Origin: Vicugna vicugna
Taxonomy: Eukaryota
DNA length: 64,000 bases
Assembly (NCBI GenBank): GCA_013265495.1
Contig: MU058059.1
Location: 1,649,502-1,713,501, forward strand
Reading direction: 5' to 3'
Shown: in pieces, positions 27,160 to 40,719 of the stretch
How the letters are laid out: each line of letters begins with the position of its first letter
Position numbering within the stretch: the first letter of the stretch is position 1
Notes under the pieces: generated by a model
Databases searched by the model: none
What the model was told of the DNA's origin: nothing
Seen by the model: the letters and a program-made list of their open reading frames with translations, nothing else
Made by a program: the position numbers and the translations under genes

Positions 27160-27445
27160 TAAGAGCATGGGCTCAGGAGCTAGTCTGTTTGGGCTGAAAT
27201 TGCTAGACTGCTCCCCTCTATCTGATTGACCTTGAGCTGGTTATTTAGCATCTCAGTGCCTCAGTTTCCTGTTGTTTAGCTGTTGTAACTTTTGGGCAAA
27301 ATACTTTCTAAGTCTCAGAATTCTCATCACTATAAAGATGTTGACAATACTGAACCCACGAGGCTGTTGAGAGCATTTCTTGAAATGCTGTGTACAAAGT
27401 GCTTGGTTCCTGGCTCATAGTTAGGACTCAATGAATGGTAGTTCT
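27160..27445 (+). mobile_element. MIR
   Basis: 'tctcagtgcctcagtttcct...cctggctcatagttaggactcaatgaatgg'. Confidence 0.7.
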
Positions 27446-29319
27446 TCTTCTTTTTTTAATGGCTAGGAATATGGGAAACAGCTGCTCAGCCTCCAAGAAC
27501 CTACATAGGCTTTAAAACCGGCCTTTGAACCTTTGAGCTAAAAAGCTGCAACACTCATTCCTTCACTGTGTCCAGGGGACCATGTGCTCCCTGACATGTG
27601 TCTTAACGCACGTGATTAAGGCACAGATGACTGTCATGTCACACACCACAGAGCTGCCTGAATGCAGTGGGACTTTGCCAGATAGGCTAAATGGTAGGTG
27701 CTTTGAAATATAGAACTGATGTCACTGAGCCTCTGTTCATGTCTCTACAGACAGTGTCTAAATAGTCAAATACAGTGTGTACGTCACAAACCCTTGGAGT
27801 TACATAAACGAGCATCTTTTGATCATTGAAATTTTTATTTGTTGTGTTATAGTAAAAAGAGCAGCTCTTTAAATGCCTGACTCTGCTTCAGATACCACAA
27901 AAGCAGATGGTCGATACAGTCTCAGTGTGTGCGTTATGGAGCTTTTCCTGGGGAAAGTCACTGGTGATGGAATCACCAGAATTTCCTCTCCCCAAATCAC
28001 CTTCATTGAGTTGTAGTTATGTTATATTTCTTAACAAATTCTGTTGTGTGTATGTGTGTGTAAAATGGTATTTAAGGAGGTTGTCCTGTTACCCAGTGAT
28101 GCCCAATTTGAAGTTCCAGACTCAGACTTTTAAAATTTGGGGCCAGTGTAGACTCAGGCTCTGTTGACGAGGAGAGGATTTCACAATTTTCCACGTCCTC
28201 TTTGTTTTCATTGTCAGGAGCTCAGAGCCAGCTTTGATTCAGTTATGGTGACCAGCATCAAGCCATTGTACTAACCTCATGGAAAACCTCTTTCTTTGGC
28301 CTTGATTACTGGTTCCTCTTCTCTTAACTTTCTTATACATGTGTTTGTTTTGATCGTCCTCATTTTCATCAGAGGCAGAGTACATACATTAAAGTTAATT
28401 ACTTATAAGACTTCCTTCAAATAGATTGGGATCTGTGACACTGCAGGAACCGTGCCCTGGAATGGAGGCAGACACCAGGGTTGCCATCCTGTGACACAGT
28501 CAGCCTTTCTCACAGCACTCAAGTTGCTACTATGTCAAGTCTCAGTTTGTGAACTGAACTACTTAGGAACCAACTTTCTCATTTTGGGCAAATCCCCAGA
28601 AAATAAGGTCATCACCATTAAAATGTTCCACATGAAATTGCTATACAACAAACAGCCCAAAACAAGTAGAGTAAAGAAAAAAAGCTAGTTATTATGTCTT
28701 GCCTTCTTTTATTCTTAATTATCCCAACGAATTGCTAAATCCTTCCCTACAGTTCTCTCCACACTACAGAAAAGAGAAAATTTGAGGTTAGAACAATGTA
28801 TCCCTAGTTTAAGGCTAATTCTATAAAGCAGAATTTTAAAACTCCTATCATTTCAACAGCACTAAACCAATAAAGAGTTCTAACTTGGAACTGTGTGGCC
28901 CTCTAGGGGGCCTTGGGTACCAGACACCATCCTTAAGCAGAATTAGGTCTCATCTTGATAATCTCTCTGTCGCTCTTTTCAGGTACGTGTTACAGAGGAG
29001 CCTTGGGGCGCATCAACAGTCCCCAAACAGACGGGCTTTCCCTTTATGCGTTCCTTTCCACTTGGGCCGGAAAAGCACAGCTGCACTGAGCAATTTTGCG
29101 TAAAAGATTTCTTAAGTACACGCGCACCTTTTCATCTGTTCTTCAGCAGGGAGCTGGAAGCCGGAAGCAGCAGGCTCCTAGCTCATTAAGGACTAAGCAC
29201 GTCTATTCTATTCGGATCCATATCTCTTTGGTGGCACGGACTGCTTACTAGCAATCATTCCTATCCTCAGGAACATTTTATTCCACCCATGCCCTAGCCA
29301 GCTTTTAGGAGCCTTCCGC

Positions 29320-29650
29320 ATTAATCAGGGATAGACTAACTATTGTAACAAACATCCCCCAAATCTCAGCATCTCAGTGGAATACAAATGCTCATTTCTT
29401 ACTTCAAGTCGCAGGTTAGTGTGCAGTGGGATCTGGGGGTGGGATGGACCCGGGCGTGCTCCGCAGACCCCTTCCAGCTTCCACTCCCTTTATGTCCTTG
29501 GTGTTCTCTCCATTTGGTTGCAGGAAAGTTTGTGCTGGAAGCGTTTCTGCATCAAACCTGTAGGTCATGCCCTTCATTCTGCCCAATTTCTGAGTCATCA
29601 GCAGACATCCATGTGCAGGTGAGGCTGAGATAGGTTGTCTGGCTGAGTGC
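29320..29650 (-). mobile_element. Old MLT1 (K/L-like) LTR
   Basis: 'attaatcagggatagactaactattgtaacaaacatcccccaaatctcag'. Confidence 0.55.
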
Positions 29651-30598
29651 CCAGAAGGGAAAGGAATTGTACTTGGCGAGAACACAGCAGTCTCCCTGTC
29701 ACATTTTGTTGCCCCCAATTTTCCATCTTGGTTATATTAGCAATTTGGGGTGAATGGGGTACTTGCACAGAATGTACCCCAGCAAGGTGCAATTTTGTTC
29801 ATTCGGGATCTCAGATTCTATTTGACCCATGGTTCCAAAGTCTCTACCCTCACCATCAATACCTGCCATCAGCTGCGGTTCACTTAAGGTTTTGTTTGTG
29901 TGTTTCTCTCAAGTCAGTTCACACCCAGACTCCAAGCATCACCATGTGAAGAACAGCTCACTTGCCTGTGGGGGTCAGGGCTGTAAGGCGACAGAATGCA
30001 GTGGGATGGATGTTAAGAGAAAGTGAGTTGTTGAGGCCATGCTGAGACAGGGAGCACACCTTGTGTTTTCCATGACCTGCTGTGCGGCTCCTGCCAATGG
30101 TGGCCGAGAAGGAACACGGCCTTGGGGTTGTAAGAGCTTCTGCTTGTTTCAGAGACACAGCTATCCAGACTTTTCAGTAAAGTGTTCTCATTTGGAAATG
30201 TTGGCCAAAATGAAAACGATCTTTAAACCTCTGAGCAGGCCATTTAAAATATGTCCGAGGGCCAGACTCAGCTGGTGGGCTGCCATTTTGCAACCTCTGT
30301 TCTAACGTTTTGGCCCTTGTCATTAAAGACAAGGAGGGGCTCAGAAGAAATCAGAGCAGTGGACCACAGCCCTTTGCCAAAGGAAAGTGAAAGGCGCCTT
30401 CTGCTTCCTCAAGGGCCTGGTGTTGGGAGTTGAAAGGTATTTATCTCTGCAAGGTTAATTAAGACTCAGAATTCTACATGTCAAGCACCCTTGTTATTTC
30501 TTTGTGAATAATACAAATGCCAGATGTAGGTGAAAAACCTGAAATTCTTTTTATGGACAGAAGGAACAGCAAAATTTGATACTACTTTGCAGGAAATG

Positions 30599-30670
30599 GA
30601 TGTGTGTATGTGTGTGTGGCGTGTTGTGTGTGCGTGTGGCGTGTTGTGTGTGTGTGCGCATTGTGTGTGT
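30599..30670. repeat. Imperfect (GT)n
   Basis: Direct reading. Confidence 0.85.
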
Positions 30671-33264
30671 CTATGTGCTTACATATCAGCTGAACTTGTC
30701 TCTACTTAAGGTGGCATATGCTTTTAGCCAAATTAGCAAGAGTGCCTGGTGGAAATATTTTCATAGTGTTTTGTTAAGGGGTGGGAAGAATGGAAGGGGA
30801 GGAGGTGGAGAAAGAAAGGAGCCTGCTTAACAATACAATGAAAAATATTATCAGCGGAAACCACTCAGTTGGCCACAAATAGACTAGTAGGAGTGGAAGT
30901 GAGAATGGGAAAGGTGCAAACACATGTGAGGAGTTTGCAGCACTGACCTGGGGAGTTCCTACTTCTCTGAGCAACAAAACTGAATCCCAACATCTTTCTT
31001 TAGGGAAAAAAGATAAGCCAGGAATCCTTCACTGAGCAAAAAGATGGCATAGAGGACTATAATGATCCCTGGCAGCACTGGGGCCCTGGGACCACTGGGA
31101 TAGAATCTGCAAAGAGTAAAAGGGTCAAGTTATGGCATAAAGCAAGTCCCAGACTAAAAGGACATAGACAGATATTCAAATAAATGCATAGACCCTTAAG
31201 AGAACGGGTATGAATTAAGAGAGGGATAACAGATAGGAACTTGCGATTAAGGAATACCAAATACTATAAAGTCATAAAATGAAAAGTGTGTGGATGTGTC
31301 TCTGTGTGTGTGTGTGTGTACGCGTGCGTGCATGCAGATTGCTTCTAGAAGCCTGTGCTAGATTTAACCAGGCTTCACTGGAGGTCTGACCTTTGTACAC
31401 TTTCCAGCCATATCTCTTCTTGCTCAGAAGTCACATCTGGTGGCACTGCACGTTCTCCAGAGCTCAGGTTTCCAGCCTCAGACCTGCTGGATGCAGTCAG
31501 TAACAGATGTAGTGGTATTTGAATGAGTTGGCTTAAAGTTATTTTGTTTTTATTCACTTCTCACTGGCACTTCTCTTTAAGCATCATTTATCATAATCAG
31601 AAGTTTGCACATATCTTATGCGCCCTGGAAAGGTTTTATCCTATAAATTTCTTCACCATGATATAGCTCCAATTTTAGGAATCATTTTCATCTTTTTTTC
31701 TTAGTTGTGATATAATTGACATTTGACATTATATTAGTTTCAGGTTTTTCACCGTAATAGGAATCTTTCCTTTTCTAAGAGACTTCTCTGCTTTTAACAA
31801 CAGAACAATAAAACTTTGTATTTTGTAACTAGCTCCTTTCCAGAGTAAGTCTTTGAGAAAGTGTTTTCACTTTATTGAGCCTTATTATTTTTATTTATAT
31901 TTAATTGTAGTGTTTTTAAACTTAGCATCGACCTGGCCCATGGTGCCATGAACCTTCAATAATTAAAATGTAAGCCATCAGTTGTGATTTATTTAATTAA
32001 TCTAAACAACCAAGTTTTCTATAAATAAAGAGCTAAAGATTTAAAATCCTTAAATAATTATGGAGAATTTGGAAATTGTTTAAACTTCATTAGATAATGG
32101 TACAGCTTTATACGAACCTTATAATGGCAGAGACATTTACCCTAAAACCCTCTGGAGGTAAAAAACAGAAATTTTCGTGAACCTGTAATGTTTGAGACTA
32201 AATCCCATTGACTTTTTATTTTCCTTTTTTTCCACAAGTTCTATTGCCTTCATTTTACCAAGGCACCAGAGGGAACCAAAAAAGAAATCAAAGATAAACT
32301 AAATTTTAGATCAATGTTAAGTTCCTTCAGTTATATGCCAAACTTGATTAAGGCAAGTGAACTCTTCTGAAAGGAACAGACAAACGTACAATGCCAAGGG
32401 ATTGAGCTGAAACAGAGAACCCACTTCTTTGGGCCCATTAACTCTTGTCCACAAGAGCAGCAATACGCTCAGTGCGGAGAGTGGGTCTCTGCCTACAGTT
32501 CTTAACACTCCACTTGGACAAGGAAAACAATCTGAGGAGGGACTCTCCTAAAATATCCATGGTCTCCACACAAATTTCGATTTTCTTTTACTTGCCATTT
32601 AGGATTAAGAAGCCAAAGGATAAAGCCAGGAACTGTGTAGTCCCAAAACCAAACCACCACCACCACCACCAGCCACAGCAAAAGAACAGTAGAACCATAT
32701 CAAAAAGAGGGGTTACAACGGGAACTAATGGGCAAAAACCAAGCTGAGCAGACTCCCCCAGCGCTCTCGTTGTGTGTGCTCACACTCACCCCTGTTCCAG
32801 GTCATCTTTCCAACCTGCACAGGGAAACAAGCACAGGTGGATGACAAAGGAGTCATAGCCGTGGATTAGAGAATGAAGCGATTTTGTGAATTAACTTAGG
32901 AGGAGTAGGCAACACACAACAGGCAAATCCCCACTTTATAGGCAATTCCTCCTCTCTGGGAATTCTCCCTTAACACTAACACTAGAAAAGAAAATGTAGA
33001 AGTGCTTGCCAAGAATGAGAAGACCTGAGATTTTATCATTTTCCTTTACGGAGGTATCTGATTCAGGAATGCCTGAACTGCATTTGGTGTTGGTTTCTGG
33101 CTTATGTTTAACCTCTGGGTGTGTTAAGCAAGGAATGTCTGTTAATCATGTTTAGCCAAGTAAAATCTGGCAGCTTAAAATGTTGACACTATTTTTGGAG
33201 CCATGAACTCCAAAAGGGTAAAGATTTTGTATGAATTTAAGCAAGTATCACAATAACTATTGTC

Positions 33265-33800
33265 TTTTTTAAATTGAAGTATAGTCAGTTCACAGTGTTG
33301 TGTCAATTTCTGGTGTACAGCACAATGCTTCAGTCATCCACATATGTACATATATTCCTTTTCATATTCTTTTTTCATTTTAGGTTACTATAAGATATTG
33401 AATATAGTTCCCTGTGCTATACAGTAGAAACTTGTTTATCTATTTTACATACAGTAGTTAGTATTTACAAATCTCAAACTCCTAATTTATCTCTTCCCAC
33501 CTCCTTTTCCCCCTGGTAGCCATGAGTTTTTTTGTTTGTCTGTGAGTCTGTTTCTGTTTTGCATATAAGTTCATTTGTGTCTTTTTCTTTGTTTGGATTC
33601 CACATATGAGTGATATCATATGGTATTTTTCTTTCTCTTTCTGGCTTACTTCACTTAAAATGATGATCTCCAGGTCCACTATGTTGAAGCAAATGGCATT
33701 ATTTTATCCTTTCTTATGGCTAAGTAGTATTCCATTGTATAACTATACCACAGCTTCTTTATCCAGTCATCTGTTGATGGACATTTAGGTTCTTTCCATT
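33265..33800 (-). mobile_element. L1 ORF2 C-terminus plus 3' UTR
   Basis: ORF 33482-33679 (MDLEIIILSEVSQKEKEKYHMISLICGI) matches the L1 ORF2 C-terminus; 3' UTR and T tail follow. Confidence 0.9.
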
Positions 33801-34696
33801 ATTTTCATTATTCTTGTTTAAATTCATATTCCATAACATAATGCTGTAGTAATGGCCTTGCAGTATGCTTATATCAGCTTAATTCAGCAAAATTTTGATG
33901 GATCATTGTGTCAATTTAATGGAAATTCTTGAGATTGTTTAAAAACCTTTTGAACACTTAATAATTTAGAATTTGGGGCTGAATAGTACCTTTTGGCATG
34001 ACAGGCATTTCTAAAGCTCTGACAAATGGACCTTTGGTACCAGCTTTCAGGTTCTAGGACAGCCTGACTACTCATCCTCTCTTAACCAAGGTACTCATTT
34101 TTATCCTGGGAAGACTCTACCCTTGAACAGAGTTTGCTTCTATGAGAGAGAAGAGATACACCTTCCTGAGAGGCCAACCCTGTCCAGGGTTGCAGATATC
34201 ACAACCAGATCGCCCTCAGTCTGCTGAAGAGGAAAATGTATGACTAAGGCACATGAAAGATTGATGCTAATTTCAAGGAATTTTCGCCTGCTATTTCATG
34301 CCTGTGTTCACTCATTGATGTCTCAATATCCAACATATAGTATTTTTGTCCAAAATAAAATTAAACATATGGTATGATTTCAGTCAAGGTTATTATGGAC
34401 ACCAGCCTGATGCTGGATACTGGATGAGCACCAGCCTGATGCCAGGCATGTGAAACTCATCTTTCTTCACCTCTTAGCAAGAGGGAGCATTGCACTTAAT
34501 CATGTATTACAGGTTATGCAATCCCCACAAAAGCAAAGTGAGAAGGACATTGCTTTTGTTAGCACTTGCTATAAGTGCTAAGGAAAGTGTAGCGTCCCCT
34601 CCCCTGCAGCAGAAGAAAAGCAAATGCTAAACATTTCTATTATAACATTTCAACCCCACAAAATGAATGTTTTAGTTAAATTTCACCTTTTTTGGT

Positions 34697-34790
34697 AAAA
34701 AAAAAAAGGCTTTTTAAATATTTTTTAAAATATTTTAAAATATTTAAAAAAATTAAATATTTTTTAAAATATTTTAAAAGTTTTTTTTTA
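34697..34790. repeat. AT-rich quasi-palindrome (aaatatttt units)
   Basis: The outer about 35 nt at each end are near reverse complements. Confidence 0.75.
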
Positions 34791-37043
34791 AGTCCTCAAG
34801 GATTTGCCTAACTTTTTGTAAGTTTTACTTTGCCGGCTCACAGGTGCCCCTGCTTTGTTTCTTTGTGGCTAAGGCAGCGACGCCCAGGGTGTGTCAGCGC
34901 ATCCCCTGCCTGTGGGATTTTGAAGTTTGGTGATGGTTATAACAGTTTTCATCTCTACTTTCTGTGATGGCAAAGAAAAAGAAATCCTTGTTTGCAAAGT
35001 CCAGACAGGATCCATGTTTCTTTTTCCTAATCTTTCTATGCTTTTGCTCATTAGGAAACAAACTCATCCAAATCTTTTTTCATTTGGTGGAACCTAATAG
35101 TACACTTGCAAAATCACCATATAATTTTGTGAGCTATGTTTAAAAGCTGATTACATCCTACTGGACCACAAGAAACCTGGAAATGTCCCACAATATAAAT
35201 ATGAATATGATCCCGGCCAAGATATACCATTGTTGCAGCCATATTTTCACTTGAGAGTCCCTGTGCACTGAAATTGTCTTCTTTATTTCCATCCTATTAA
35301 TTCATGTAAATACAAGCAATGAAGATAAAATCAGGATAATTGAGGAGGGTAGATAAACAGATGATCCTTCCCCCTCTGCATACCTAGAATTGCTGCCTGT
35401 GTACTTCACCAGTGGCCACACAGCCAATCCACAAAGGCACTGAGAGCCATAGGTGGCCCACTACATGGAGCACCGTTGGAGGACGTGGCTTTGGGGGCAA
35501 GTAAACAGTATCATAAAGATATCCATTACTGTACTTTGTCATCAACGCTGCTGCCCTTGAAGAGTACACTGGTCCTACTTGAGGTAGCCCTGGACTTCGG
35601 TTTTCCAATCATGCCTGCCTTCTAGCTTTTCTGTTTCCTCCTGGGCTGTCACAACGTGAGCAGTCACTACTTCATACTGTTTTCAGTTTGAGTTTTAAGA
35701 GCCTTTCTGAATTTGGGGTTCTTAATCTCTTGTAGAGTTCTAAGAGAAGGGCTGATGAGCTGAGGATTATTTGTGACTTCTACTTGGATGCTTTAGAGGC
35801 TTTTTTTTCCCCCTTTGTTCCTGATTCTTAGCGGTAATCTGGATAGTTGAGGTTTTTCAGATAAATGAGAGATATTTGCTGTATGTGGCTCCAGTGTTTG
35901 AAATGGAAGCTGTGCCTGAGAGTAAGCAATTCTGAATGTGAAAATGTGTTTCCTATTAAGATAGTCTGGCTGTCCATACCATAGGCATACCAAAGCTAAA
36001 ATTAATTCTAATTCTTCTCTGACATGAATTTGACCAAAATCAAATGCTCTTACTATGAAAATATATCCCATATACAGCTTTCTCTTCACTTGATGCCAAG
36101 TGATTATTAACTTGTTTCTAAAATCATTTGCAGACCTCATGTTACCAGAATATGGTTATGGAAGCATACAGCTCTTTATTTTTCAACACACATGAACCTG
36201 ATTTTAGCTAAAAACAAAGCACATATTTCAAGCAAATGAACAAAACATTGAGGCACATGAACAAAAGAACACTTAAATTATCGTGGTTATCCAATCAGGT
36301 TGTGATTATGGCAAAACATTTCTAGCATAAAACATTTGTTGAACACATGCTTGGCAGGCTTCCAAAATACTTTCATAGAAAAAAGTCAGGAGGGCAAGAA
36401 CTCAAAGCGCTTTTCACATTCTGAATACTGAGTCTCTGCGGAGGCTACAACATAGAAATAATATAGCAGTATCAAGTAATAATCAGCTATTTCACTATCA
36501 TTTGATCTTTTACACTTAGTGTAAATTTTAAAACATTTTGTAAAAAGACCCCAAATTAAAATCTGCTGTAAAATATTCCTGAGAAAACTGGAGTACAGGA
36601 GTATCTCCGAGACATTGTGCAGAGTCCACCCTGATGGTGACTGTTTCACTGAATCTCTCTGCCTCACTTTCTAGCCAGTTGCTGCTATGGAAACAGCGTG
36701 AAGAACTAAATCAATTAGCCAGACAATTCTTTCCCCAAATAAAGGTAATTTCACTTTTTTTTCCCCTGATTTTGTTATAATATAGACCCATGGCTTTTTA
36801 TTTTGGTGAAATCTGTGTCACAACACCATCAGGTAATTTTAACCTTGAGGATGTTCAAAACAGTATGAAAAAAGTCAACATTACTCCAAATCACACCACG
36901 CAGACTTAGGCATCCTAAACATTTAGGGGACTATCTCTCTAAGCATCTCTCTCTACATGTACATACATATATAGAAGCATGCGATTTCAAATAAAGTGAA
37001 TTATGTGTATTATTTCATAATCTGTGTTTAAATCAAGGAGTCT

Positions 37044-37570
37044 TTTTTTAATATATATTTTTATTGAAGTATAGTCAGTTTACAATGTGTCAATTTCTGG
37101 TGTACAGCATAATGCTTCAGTCATACATGAACATACATATATTTGTTTTCATATTCTTCTTCACAGTTGGTTACTATAAGATATTGAATATAATTTCCTG
37201 TGCTATACAGTATGAACTTGTTTATACTTTATATATATTAGTTAGTATCTGCAAATCTCAAACTCCCACTTTATTTTTTCCCACCTCCTTCCCCCCCCAG
37301 TAACCATAAATTTGTTTTCTATGTCTATGAATCTGTTTCTATTTTGTAAATAATTTCACTTGTTTTTTTTTTAGATTCCACATATAAGTGATATCATATG
37401 GTATTTTTCTGATTTAATAATTTTCTTTTGTATTAGCTTGGTTTCTTTTTGGTTTTTGTGACTCTATTTGCATGTGTTTGATTTGTAGTAGACCTTGTTT
37501 TTCAAATATGTTAACCCCCCCTTATATCCGTTTGCTTTAGACTGGTAGTCATGTAGGCTCAAACACATGC
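37044..37570 (-). mobile_element. L1 with inter-ORF region fused to the ORF2 end and 3' UTR (junction 37410/37411)
   Basis: 37044-37410 is L1 3' end; 37411-37570 resembles antisense ORF1-end/inter-ORF spacer; short flanking repeat agtctt. Confidence 0.7.
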
Positions 37571-39694
37571 ACAAAGTCTTACTGCTCTTTCCCTGTCTCT
37601 GCATATAGATAGACACCCTCTGCCAAAGAGTTACATAGTATTCTAATATATAGCCAGACCATGGTTTATTTAAATAATTCTGTATTAATGGATTTGAGTT
37701 TCCTTCCAGGATTTATTATTTTAAAAATGAAAATTTGTAGGGAAGATTCTTGTACCTTTATAAGTCTCACTACTTACCTTATGAGAAACACTCAGAAAGT
37801 TCCTTTTATGTGTTGGAAACCCTTGGATATACCTGAGCAATAATATTTCTTTTCTCTTGGAAAGTGGAACTGTCATTGATTATTATCTATGAGCTTAAGC
37901 AACTACTGCAAGGATCTATGTGGCCCTTTCCAGAGTACAGAATATATATTTACAATGAGAAACAGCATCTCATTTCACCCTGTTTCAAATTTCCCCCTGA
38001 AAAGCCCTTTTTTGTCTTCATGGATATAATTTTCCATTTGTGTATGGTACTTTATTGATCTTGGAGGGAAGAAAAGAGATGCACTTCATCTGACATGTTT
38101 CAGCTGAATAATGACAGCTTTGAGTGCACTTGTCTCCTAAGAAAGACAGTCTTATATTTTAAGGAATTATGTTTGAAGCAATAATGTCAGATAGACCTTT
38201 ACCACTCAGGAAGAAAGGGTTTTTTTTTTCTTCTAGGTCTTATTGTTAATAAAAATAAATCAGATATTTGGATTGCTTGCTTTTACTTGCTTTAAAAATA
38301 AAGCGTGAACAAAACATTTCTAACTTCATTGTGTGGTTTTAAAAGAGTAGAATGAAGGCTTTATGCTAAAGGAGTAAGTAGACACAATTATGCTGATTTG
38401 TTTTAAGAAGATCCGAAGGGAAAAGAAAGATTACTCTGAGGCTGATGTAGAGAAGCCAAGAATCATTTAGAGCTTCCAGAAACATGGGACAAAATCAATA
38501 GGAAAAGGAGTCTTTGTTTACAGTGGAATTTGAAATTCAGAAGTAAATGTCAGAAATCACTAGAGCTCCTCAAAGAATTGCTAAGTGAGTGAGGAAGTGA
38601 AATTTGGGGAAGCAAAGGAGAGGAGAAGCGAGGGACGGAGGTGTAATAAATATTGGGCAGTTTCAGTGAAAGAGGAAGCCACAAGTAATTCCTTCAAGAG
38701 ACTAGACATTATCATGGGAGACACCTATGAATATTATTTAAGAAGTTTTCAAGTTTTTTTCTCCCCTCCTTCGGGTCAGCTGAGTTTTGCCTAATGCTCA
38801 GTGGAGATCCTTGACCTCCAATTAGGGGTAGCTCCCTTTTACTACATTAGAGACCCACACAGGACTCTGCTCATACGGACCTCTCCTTTTGAGCTGATGA
38901 TTCAATGGTAAGATTAAGAGGAGTCTCTAAAAATCACCCAGAACTTCCATTTCTGCAAATGATCAGCTAGATTATTTAGATCAACCCTCCTGCTGAAAAC
39001 AATGAAAATGAGGCTAATAGTTTTCTCAGGAGGAAATAAAAGGGTGTTATGATCAGGGGAGTACCCACAGAAGCTCTGAGGTTCTGGCAGTGTCTCTTTC
39101 TTGATCTGGGTGATGATTACTTGTTTTTGCATTGTTCTCTATGTAAGTTATATGTCACAAACATACACATTTAATTACCTAATTCAGCCTTCAGCCTTGA
39201 GGCAGGTAGATTTTGCCCACTCAAGATACGTTTCCGTGCTCCGTGAATACAAGTACTATCTTTCTTTAGAATCCAAACAACACTTTGTCAAACCTCACCT
39301 CCTAGTAGCATTGGTCATCTCATATATCAAACTGAAGCCCGCAGGACCCAAACCAAAAACGTTGAAAAGACTTCCCTGAAAATTTTTGTCTAGAACATTA
39401 AATTTTATGAGGTGGCCAATTAGAAGCATTTATAAGAAGAATAGTCTCCAATAATTCTACTACAATGATTTTGTTTTAGCAAAGAATTCCTATTTGTCTC
39501 ATACAATTGCTTTAAATCCTGCATTAGGAAGTTCTAATTTCTGAAAATTTCTCACAAATCAAAAAGCAATGATGTGGTTTTTAATAATTGCAGCCAAAGG
39601 TTGATTCTTTGCATTTAGCTAAAAATATTTGAAGTAGGAACTCTTAATCTCATTATGGACAATCATTGTCATCAGAATAATTTCATCAACCATA

Positions 39695-39920
39695 GCTAAA
39701 CTTTATTAAACACTTACTATGTACAGACATCATCCCAAATATATACAAATATTATTTCATTTAGCATACACACAAATCCATTAGTTGGTTCTATTTTTCT
39801 GACTAGAAAACTGAGAACCATAACATTTCAATACCATTCTCAAATAAGACAGCTAGTAAGTAGTATGGCTGGGATTCAAGTTCAGGTCAATCTGACCCCA
39901 AAGTCATAGCTCATAATCAT
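39695..39920 (-). mobile_element. MIR
   Basis: 'ttattaaacacttactatgt...gaaaactgag...gctgggattcaagttcagg'. Confidence 0.7.
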
Positions 39921-40569
39921 TGTTCTATGTCCTATGGAAATTGTAAACAAATCAATATAGAATCATTGGAGATTATATTAGATCCTTAATAAAGATTTTG
40001 GGTTTTTTAACCCAAAAGATAAAATACAAAGTAAGATTTAAAAAATTATTGAAGTCTGATGAGCCATTTTCCTTTCCCTGTGTTTCTCATACCCCTGTGT
40101 TCTCTGAGTCCACATTTTTCATGAAGAATTGGTTACTCCTACTGCTTTCCTTTCCATGATTATGATATTATCAGGTTAGCTAGTCTTTCCTAGAATGTAA
40201 ATTAATTTTTCATCTACAAGTGAAATTGGAAATAACCACTTAGAAGAAAAGAGAAGTTTCTTTTTTTTTTAAAGTATAAAAGTGAAAGAGATTGCAGTAA
40301 AGTCATCTGGTAATTATTCCTAGGTGATATGGGGATATCCTGTCAAATCTGATCCCATTGAGACTAAGTTATTCAATTTCTGTCTAGTCTTAAATTCAGT
40401 GATACTTCAACCAGAATTTAGTGAACAGTAATTTATGTAGAGAATATATGACACTGATGGCCTAAAAAATTAAGCAGTAGTTAGAGAAGATAAAGCCAAC
40501 AGTGGATAAACTCAAGTGTCAAGTGCTCTATTCTGTTGTTGACAGGATTCATCTAAACAACTCAAAGTG

Positions 40570-40671
40570 ATAGATTAAATGGAGAAGGGGTCTACTCCCC
40601 CTATATCCTTAGGGTCTGTAAGCATGACACTGATCGCTGCTTCTTCTACAAAATGTGATACTGCTTTGGCC

Positions 40672-40719
<48 letters not shown>

